A DNA stretch of 32,000 bases, taken from the NCBI RefSeq assembly GCF_000199675.1, contig NC_014960.1, positions 435,157 to 467,156 of the forward strand. The letters run 5' to 3'. The position numbers were made by a program, and so were the translations under genes. This DNA is from Anaerolinea thermophila UNI-1 (GTDB lineage Bacteria > Chloroflexota > Anaerolineae > Anaerolineales > Anaerolineaceae). Of this stretch, positions 26,205 through 32,000 are shown one piece after another. Numbering within the stretch: the first letter of the stretch is position 1; each line of letters opens with the position of its first letter. The notes below the pieces were generated by a model that saw only the letters and a program-made list of their open reading frames with translations, did no database searches and was not told the origin of the DNA.

Positions 26205-28172
26205 ATGTCGGTTTACCTTCACGATATTCCTCTGCCAGAAGCCCAACAGCGTTTGATTCAGGCGCTGGAAGAGGTGGGGCTGGAAAGCGTTCTGGGGGTG
26301 GAAGAAATTCCGCTGGATGAGCGGGCGCTGGGGCGGGTGCTGGCGGAGCCGGTCTGGGCGCGCCTTTCTTCTCCCCACTACCACGCCTCAGCCATGGATG
26401 GCTTTGCCCTGCGCGCCGAAGCCACGGCTGGAGCATCGCCTACCCGCCCGGTGATCCTGCAGGTGGGCGAGCAAGCCGTCTATGTGGATACCGGCGACCC
26501 GCTCCCCGATTGGGCAAATGCAGTGGTGCCGATTGAAAACGTGGAAGCCCTGGATGAGCAGGACATCCCCGCCGCCGATGCCCGTCATCCTTTGAAGATT
26601 CGCCTGCGCGAGGCGCTCCCGCCGTGGACGCATGTGCGCCCGATGGGCGAGGATATTGTGGCGACCGAACTGGTCTTGCCCGCCGGGCATACCCTGCGCG
26701 CGGTGGATTTGGGCGCGATTGCCGCCAGCGGACATACCCATGTGCGGGTTTCCCGTCCGCCGCGCGTGGCAATCCTGCCTACCGGTACGGAACTGGTGCC
26801 GGTAGGTCAGCCCGTTAAGCGTGGGGATATCATCGAGTACAACTCGCTGGTGCTGGCGGCGCAGGTGCGCAGTTGGGGCGGGGAAGCCGTGCGGTTTCCC
26901 ATCACCCCCGACGATTTCGAGCAAATTTGCCAGCGGGTTCAGCAAGCCGCCGATATGACTGACCTGGTCTTACTCAATGCCGGCTCTTCGGCGGGTTCGG
27001 AGGATTTTTCTGCCCGTGCGGTGGAGCGCCTGGGAACTTTACTGGTGCATGGTGTGGCGGTTCGCCCGGGGCATCCGGTCATTATGGGGCTGATTCGCCG
27101 TTCGCAGGGCGGTTGGACACCCATTATCGGTGTGCCGGGTTATCCCGTCTCGGCGGCACTGACCGGCGAGATTTTTGTCGAGCCTCTGCTGGCGCGCTGG
27201 CTGGGCAGGCGTCCCGCCGAACCGCTGGAAATCGAAGCGCAGATCACCCGCAAGGTGACCTCTCCCGCCGGAGATGACGATTATATGCGGGTGGTGGTGG
27301 GTAAGGTGGGCAACCGCGTGCTGGCGGCGCCGCTCTCGCGCGGTGCGGGGGTCATCACCTCGCTGGTGCGCGCCGATGGGATTGTCATCCTGCCGCGCGG
27401 CGTGCAGGGCTTGGAAGCTGGGGCGCCGGTGCGGGTGCGCCTGTACCGCTCTCCCGCCGAGGTGGAGCAGACCATCTTTGCCATTGGCTCGCATGATTTA
27501 ACGCTGGACCTGCTGGCGCAGGCGCTCTCTGCCCATCAGCGGCGGCTGGTCTCTGCAAATGTGGGCAGTTTGGGCGGCTTGGTGGCGTTGCGGCGCGGAG
27601 AAGCCCATCTGGCGGGGGCGCATCTGCTCGACCCGCAGACGGGGGAGTTCAATATCCCGTACATCCGCCAGTACCTGCCCGATACTCCCGTGACGCTGGT
27701 GGAGTGGGTGGGGCGCATTCAGGGTTTGCTGGTGTGCAAGGGCAACCCGCTGAACATCCGCGGTTTGGAAGACCTGGTGCGTGCCGGGGTGCGCTTTATC
27801 AACCGCCAGCGCGGGGCAGGCACGCGCATCTTGCTGGATTATCATCTGGAGCGCCTGGGCATCGACCCGGCAAAGATTCAGGGGTACGACCAGGAAGAGT
27901 ACACCCATCTGGCGGTAGCGGCGGCGGTGGCATCCGGACGCGCCGACTGCGGCTTGGGAGTGATGGCGGCGGCGCAGGCGCTGGATCTGGACTTTATTCC
28001 GCTGTTTACCGAGCGCTATCAACTGGTCATCCCGACGGTGTATTACGAAAGCGACCTGCTGGCGCCTTTACGTGTCCTGATGCAGGATGAAAATTTCCGC
28101 CGCAGTGTACAGGGTTTGCCCGGCTACACGGTGGAAAACATGGGGCAAGTTGTGGCACAATTACCGCAGTGA
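26205..28172 (+). CDS. MoeA-like molybdopterin molybdenum/tungsten transferase fused to a C-terminal periplasmic-binding-protein-like (PBP_like) domain
   Basis: Start trimmed to the ATG at 26205 (GGAGG SD). The N-terminal roughly 410 aa are MoeA-like (SPHYHASAMDGFALRA, PRVAILPTGTEL, LLNAGSSAGSEDF, VPGYPVSA). The C-terminal roughly 240 aa (FAIGSHDLTLDLL...GAGTRILLD...) resemble the PBP_like domain fused to MoeA in archaea and some bacteria. Confidence 0.85.
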   Translation: MSVYLHDIPLPEAQQRLIQALEEVGLESVLGVEEIPLDERALGRVLAEPVWARLSSPHYHASAMDGFALRAEATAGASPTRPVILQVGEQAVYVDTGDPLPDWANAVVPIENVEALDEQDIPAADARHPLKIRLREALPPWTHVRPMGEDIVATELVLPAGHTLRAVDLGAIAASGHTHVRVSRPPRVAILPTGTELVPVGQPVKRGDIIEYNSLVLAAQVRSWGGEAVRFPITPDDFEQICQRVQQAADMTDLVLLNAGSSAGSEDFSARAVERLGTLLVHGVAVRPGHPVIMGLIRRSQGGWTPIIGVPGYPVSAALTGEIFVEPLLARWLGRRPAEPLEIEAQITRKVTSPAGDDDYMRVVVGKVGNRVLAAPLSRGAGVITSLVRADGIVILPRGVQGLEAGAPVRVRLYRSPAEVEQTIFAIGSHDLTLDLLAQALSAHQRRLVSANVGSLGGLVALRRGEAHLAGAHLLDPQTGEFNIPYIRQYLPDTPVTLVEWVGRIQGLLVCKGNPLNIRGLEDLVRAGVRFINRQRGAGTRILLDYHLERLGIDPAKIQGYDQEEYTHLAVAAAVASGRADCGLGVMAAAQALDLDFIPLFTERYQLVIPTVYYESDLLAPLRVLMQDENFRRSVQGLPGYTVENMGQVVAQLPQ

Positions 28173-28193
28173 TTTTTCCAGAGGAGGTTTTTT

Positions 28194-28673
28194 ATGGTGC
28201 TTTCAGCCAATCAACCCGCGCCCGATTTCACCCTTGCCGATGAGACCGGTGCGATGCGTTCTCTCTCCGAGTTTCGAGGCAAACCGGTGGTGTTGTACTT
28301 TTACCCCAAGGACGATACTCCGGGATGCACCACCGAAGCCTGTAATTTCCGCGATGATTACCACGTTTACGCTGAAAATGGAGTAGTCATTTTAGGTGTC
28401 AGCCCCGATTCCCCCAAATCTCACGCCAAATTCAAAGCCAAGTACAATCTGCCTTTCACCCTGCTGGCAGATGAAGAGCATCGTGTGTGCGAGATGTACG
28501 GCGTATGGGGGCGCAAGAAGTTCATGGGGCGCGAGTACGACGGCGTTTTCCGTACTACCTTCCTCATTGACCCGCAGGGGATGATTGTCAAGGTGTGGGA
28601 AGGTGTCAAACCCGAGGGGCACAGTCAGGAAGTGCTGGAAGCCCTGCGCGACTGGCAGGGCGCCAGTGCCTGA
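28194..28673 (+). CDS. bcp: Thioredoxin-dependent peroxiredoxin, Bcp/PrxQ type
   Basis: 159 aa. APDFTL...GKPVVLYFYPKDDTPGCTTEAC active-site motif. GGAGG SD. Confidence 0.92.
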   Translation: MVLSANQPAPDFTLADETGAMRSLSEFRGKPVVLYFYPKDDTPGCTTEACNFRDDYHVYAENGVVILGVSPDSPKSHAKFKAKYNLPFTLLADEEHRVCEMYGVWGRKKFMGREYDGVFRTTFLIDPQGMIVKVWEGVKPEGHSQEVLEALRDWQGASA

Positions 28674-28704
28674 GATTTTTCGCTTTTCACTCGTTTGTTA
28701 AAAG

Positions 28705-28740
28705 CCATCGAGACGCTTTCACCCCAAAGCGTCTCGATGG
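28705..28740. terminator. Bidirectional stem-loop terminator between convergent bcp and rrf2
   Basis: A 15-bp perfect stem: CCATCGAGACGCTTT (28705-28719) pairs with AAAGCGTCTCGATGG (28726-28740), with a 6-nt loop. It is flanked by an A-run on one side and TTTCT on the other. Confidence 0.8.
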
Positions 28741-28770
28741 TTTCTCAGGAGGGGCAGGACATGGACGGGG

Positions 28771-29211
28771 TTAGTTGTTGCGCTCCGCCATGTTTATGGA
28801 TTCAACCGAAAGCAATGCACCCTGAGGGGCTTTCTTTGCCAGTTCGCTCAGGCGGATGCTCGCCAGCGCAGCCACCACTTTTTCCTGCAGTTCTGCCCAC
28901 ACTTCGCGGGTCATCATGCCGTTGCCATTGGATTCGGGGACGATGCGCATGGGACCTTCCAGGGCTTCAATGATTTGCAGGAGCGAAATATTTTCAGGAG
29001 ACTGTTTCAGACGCAAGCCACCTCGTGGGCCGGGTGTGGCGCGGATGTAGCCGCTCTGGATGAGCGAACGACCAATCTGATGCAGGAACGGCAGGGGAAT
29101 GTGCAGTTTTTCTGCCAGCACGGCAGTGGGCACAGGACGTTCCGCCTCGGTTTGCGCCAGGGCGATCATCAACTGGACACCGTAATCAATTCTTCGACTC
29201 ACTCGAAACAT
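28771..29211 (-). CDS. Rrf2-family transcriptional regulator (no Fe-S cysteine ligands)
   Basis: 146 aa. MFRVSRRIDYGVQLMIALA... winged-helix N-terminus and RGGLRLKQSPENISLLQIIEALEG. There are no Cys residues where IscR/NsrR carry their cluster ligands. Confidence 0.88.
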   Translation of the reverse strand: MFRVSRRIDYGVQLMIALAQTEAERPVPTAVLAEKLHIPLPFLHQIGRSLIQSGYIRATPGPRGGLRLKQSPENISLLQIIEALEGPMRIVPESNGNGMMTREVWAELQEKVVAALASIRLSELAKKAPQGALLSVESINMAERNN

Positions 29212-29469
29212 GCTTCACCTCTATTAGAATAGTATGTATGATTGACCAGAATAATAATCAATTGAAAACGTTCTCAAAAGTGACATTTTTTACTTTTTGG
29301 CTTGATAACCATCACAATCATAATCAATTCAGTCCAGAATTGTCCAGTCGAAACAGTTTACAAACAGTTAACAATCTGGCAGGGGGGATGGGCAAAATCA
29401 CCGGAAAGGAGACCCTGTATCACCCGTGACATCCTCTTCCATTAAGAAGAATTAAGACTATAATGAATT

Positions 29470-29485
29470 TGTGAACCAATTCACC
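29470..29485. promoter_or_regulatory. Near-palindromic TGTGA-N6-TCACC site immediately downstream of a TATAAT box (29459-29464)
   Basis: The sequence TGTGAACCAATTCACC matches 9 of 10 positions of the CRP-type consensus TGTGA-N6-TCACA. It lies 45 nt upstream of the cytochrome c ATG. Confidence 0.4.
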
Positions 29486-29529
29486 AAAAACACTCGGCTT
29501 TTGATTTTTGAAGAGGAGGATTGTATCCT

Positions 29530-29961
29530 ATGAAGAAGAGTTTCTGGATTCTTCTGGCTGTTGTGGTGATGAGTGCGCTCGTGCTGGCGGCTTGTGGTGG
29601 TGGGGGTGGTCAGGCGACGGTAGAACGCAAAGCACCGCCACCGGAGTATGCAGGCAAAACCAATCCGTATGCCGGCGATGCTGCCGCGATTGCGGAAGGC
29701 AAAGAACTTTACAATGTGAACTGCGCTACCTGCCATGGTGAAACCGGCGCCGGAGATGGCCCCGCGGGTGCTTCCCTGGATCCCAAACCCGCGAATTTGA
29801 TTACCGCTGCCAAAGAGGCTTCTGAGGATTACGAATTCTGGATTGTCTCCGAGGGTGGGGCTGCGGCTGGGCGCAGTGCTTCTATGGCGGCTTATAAAGG
29901 TGTGCTCACCGAGGATGAAATCTGGAAGATTCTGGCATACACCAGAACGTTCGGAAAGTAG
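29530..29961 (+). CDS. Class I c-type cytochrome, lipoprotein
   Basis: ATG at 29530 (the track TTG at 29521 was rejected), with GAGGAGG upstream. MKKSFWILLAVVVMSALVLAAC lipobox followed by a Gly linker. Single CATCH heme-binding motif, with a distal Met in SASMAAYKG. Confidence 0.85.
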   Translation: MKKSFWILLAVVVMSALVLAACGGGGGQATVERKAPPPEYAGKTNPYAGDAAAIAEGKELYNVNCATCHGETGAGDGPAGASLDPKPANLITAAKEASEDYEFWIVSEGGAAAGRSASMAAYKGVLTEDEIWKILAYTRTFGK

Positions 29962-29991
29962 TCCCCCAAGCAGTTTTGCACAGGGTTAAGC

Positions 29992-30024
29992 AGGCGAGGA
30001 GTCAACTTCCTCGCCTTTTTGTTA
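29992..30024 (+). terminator. Rho-independent terminator after the cytochrome c gene
   Basis: AGGCGAGGA (29992-30000) pairs with TCCTCGCCT (30008-30016) around a 7-nt loop, followed by TTTTTGTT. Confidence 0.8.
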
Positions 30025-30036
30025 TACAATTGAGGT

Positions 30037-31722
30037 ATGTTAACAAACGCGGGGAACGTTCTCGGGTGGATTGTCCTCTGGCTTGCTGTGCTGGCAGGCA
30101 TAGGCATCCTGTTCTGGCTGTTTCGCCGCGAGCATTCCCGCAGAGTTCAATTCCAAACCCGTATCCGACAACTGGAACAGCAACTGAATGCCGTTCTTGA
30201 ACTCAATCGTGCCCTGGCAGAGAGCGAGGACGAGAAGAGCCTCATCGAGACTGCTCTGGCGCAGATCAACCGTTTGGTGGGGGGCATGGGTGCGTCCTTT
30301 GTCCCGTTCGATGCCTGGGGGGAGCCCTTGCCCGCCTTCACCGCAGGCGATTTGCCCGAGCCGGTACTGAAGGGCTGGGCAGAGCATCTCGTCTCTGAAC
30401 AGGTGCGCGGAGCATGTCGCACCTGTGAAATGCTTCAATCTCTGTCCGGGAAAACCTGCCCGTTGCGCTGGGGTCCCATGGGAGCCATGGAGATTTACTG
30501 CTTCCCTCTGGCGTTGGGAGAGCGCCGTTTGGGCATGGTGAATTTGTATCTTCCTTCCGGGTGCTCGCTGGACTCTGCTCTGCATGACTTTTTGCAGGGC
30601 ATTCTTAACGAACTGGCACTGGCGGTGGAAACGGCGCGTTTGCACCGTCAGGAGGTGCTCACCCTGCGGCAGATTCAAGCCCTGCGCCTGCCGCGCCGCG
30701 ATTTGCAAAGCACCCTGAGCGCTCTGCTTCAACGGGTGCGCGATCACCTGGGGTTTGGCACGCTGATTATACAGGTACGTCCGCTTCAGGATGAGCGCCT
30801 TTCTGGGTTGCGCATAGTCGTTGGTGATGTGCAGGCGTATCCTGCAGGCTGGCTGGAAATTCTGCTGGAACAGGCGCTGGTGTGTAAAGAGGCTCGTCAG
30901 CGGCGTGAAGAGTATGGTTGGGTACGCATGTACCCCCTGCAGTTGCCCGATGGGCTCTCGATGGGCTGTCTGGTTCTGCTGGAACCGGTGATGGAAGATC
31001 TCTTGCCTGCCCAGCAAGCCCTGTTGCAAACGGCGGCGGCGCAGGCGGCACTGATGATTGAAAATGAACGCTCCCTGCTGGCACTGGAGTACACCCTTAT
31101 TTTGCAGGAACGCACCCGCCTGGCGCGGGAAATCCATGACGGATTGGCGCAGACGCTGGCATTCCTGAAGATGCAGGTCGCTCAGATGCAAACTGCCCTT
31201 CAACAGGGTGATTTGACGCGCCTGGCGCGCCTGTTGAGCGAGAACAAGCAGGCGCTGGAAGAAGTTTATCAGGAAACCCGTCAGACCATTGATCACCTGC
31301 GAACCCAGCCTGAAGAGGATTTAACCGTATGGCTGGAAGGACTGGCATCCAGTTTTCAGCGCCATACGGGCATCCCCGTGGAAGTGCGCTGGCTGACCCA
31401 GCCGCCCACACTGGCGCCCGAAGTCCAGGTGCAGATGGTGCGTATTCTTCAGGAAGCCCTCAATAATGTGCGCAAGCACGCGCATGCCTCGCAGGTCAGC
31501 ATCACCCTGCGTGAATGGGGCAGGGATGTGGTGATGGAAATCCATGACAATGGGCGTGGATTTGACCCGGAGGATGTGCCGGAGGTGGCGCAGTACGGTT
31601 TACGTGGCATGCGTGAACGTGCGGAGATGATTGGAGCGGAATTGCAAATCATCAGTGCACCGCACCTGGGAACGACCGTGCGGGTAGCCCTGCCCTATCG
31701 TCAGGAGGAAAATGTGGAATGA
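30037..31722 (+). CDS. Membrane-anchored sensor histidine kinase, GAF-like sensory region + HisKA_3 + HATPase_c
   Basis: 561 aa. One N-terminal TM helix. H-box LAREIHDGLAQTLAFLKMQ. N and G boxes EALNNVRKHA, DNGRGF and YGLRGMRERA. A Cys cluster CRTC-x10-C lies in the sensory region. The GAGG sits unusually close to the ATG, so the exact start is uncertain. Confidence 0.85.
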   Translation: MLTNAGNVLGWIVLWLAVLAGIGILFWLFRREHSRRVQFQTRIRQLEQQLNAVLELNRALAESEDEKSLIETALAQINRLVGGMGASFVPFDAWGEPLPAFTAGDLPEPVLKGWAEHLVSEQVRGACRTCEMLQSLSGKTCPLRWGPMGAMEIYCFPLALGERRLGMVNLYLPSGCSLDSALHDFLQGILNELALAVETARLHRQEVLTLRQIQALRLPRRDLQSTLSALLQRVRDHLGFGTLIIQVRPLQDERLSGLRIVVGDVQAYPAGWLEILLEQALVCKEARQRREEYGWVRMYPLQLPDGLSMGCLVLLEPVMEDLLPAQQALLQTAAAQAALMIENERSLLALEYTLILQERTRLAREIHDGLAQTLAFLKMQVAQMQTALQQGDLTRLARLLSENKQALEEVYQETRQTIDHLRTQPEEDLTVWLEGLASSFQRHTGIPVEVRWLTQPPTLAPEVQVQMVRILQEALNNVRKHAHASQVSITLREWGRDVVMEIHDNGRGFDPEDVPEVAQYGLRGMRERAEMIGAELQIISAPHLGTTVRVALPYRQEENVE

Positions 31723-32000
31723 GTGGGAAGTACCGGTTGGTGGTGGTGGATGATCATGCCCTCTTCCGCAGGGGGTTAATCAGCCTGCTGGAAGAAATGC
31801 CTGAGTTTGATGTGGTCGGAGAAGCCAGCGATGGCGAAGAAGCCCTGAAGGTGATTGCTCAGCGCCACCCGGATATTGCCCTGGTGGATGTCAATATGCC
31901 GCGCATGGATGGAATTGCCCTGGTGCAAGCCCTGCGGCGGCAGAAATCTGCCCTGAAGGTGCTGATGCTGACCATTTCGCAGGAAGATCAGGACCTGATC
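31719..32000 (+). CDS. NarL/FixJ-type response regulator, receiver domain (3' end beyond the window)
   Basis: The ATG at 31719 overlaps the kinase stop (ATGA). MSGKYRLVVVDDHALFRRGL...DIALVDVNMPRMDG...VLMLT are receiver motifs with DD, phospho-acceptor D and T. Pairing with a HisKA_3 kinase implies a LuxR-type output domain. Confidence 0.9.
   Translation, partial: MSGKYRLVVVDDHALFRRGLISLLEEMPEFDVVGEASDGEEALKVIAQRHPDIALVDVNMPRMDGIALVQALRRQKSALKVLMLTISQEDQDLI

Noticed and set aside
29238-29429. 63-aa ORF (MIDQNNNQLKTF...) in the rrf2/cytochrome c intergenic region
   Set aside because: It has AT-rich codon usage unlike every supported gene here, no SD and an Asn/His/Phe-rich low-complexity product. 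It overlaps the repeat motifs, so I interpret it as regulatory DNA.

Overview
GC-rich chromosomal segment (GC not computed) that is mostly housekeeping. Protein sequences and lipoprotein-type solute-binding proteins suggest a Chloroflexota/Anaerolineae-like organism, but that taxon guess is low confidence. I support 31 conventional CDS plus one candidate leader peptide. From left to right the window contains the following. (1) A minus-strand DeoR-headed sugar locus: DeoR, amidohydrolase, SIS/AgaS-like, CUT1 ABC binding protein, two permeases, a GH4 MelA-like enzyme and a GH114-like lipoprotein that runs off the left edge. (2) metG, preceded by a leader region. (3) An rpoD to TPR membrane protein pair, yceD (DUF177) and rdgB. 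(4) An unpaired GAF/HisKA_3 kinase, clpC, two GNAT genes and a DUF360 membrane protein. (5) A polar amino-acid ABC operon. (6) A tightly packed plus-strand six-gene unit: proline dehydrogenase, divergent UbiA/MenA-like membrane protein, MoeA, CE4 deacetylase lipoprotein, MoeA fused to a PBP-like domain, and Bcp. (7) Rrf2, then a lipoprotein cytochrome c, then a GAF/HisKA_3 kinase and a NarL-type regulator (truncated at the right edge). I saw no rRNA, tRNA, CRISPR array, transposase, integrase or obvious defence genes. The intergenic gaps are short (330 nt or less). The most interesting signal is the metG leader: a promoter, an SD, a 25-codon ORF with 6 Met codons including AUG-AUG-AUG, mutually exclusive antiterminator and terminator helices, and then metG. 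This looks like a Met-sensing leader-peptide attenuator on the Met-tRNA synthetase gene. Secondary leads are a candidate alpha-galactosamine-polymer utilisation locus, paired MoeA paralogs (one PBP-fused) in a heterogeneous and probably leaderless operon, a UbiA-like protein with Glu-for-Asp motif substitutions, and an AT-rich repeat-dense control region between rrf2 and the cytochrome c gene. All family calls come from motif recognition by eye; no searches were run. Many ORF-track N-termini were trimmed to internal ATGs that have SD sequences, because the track also uses TTG/GTG starts.
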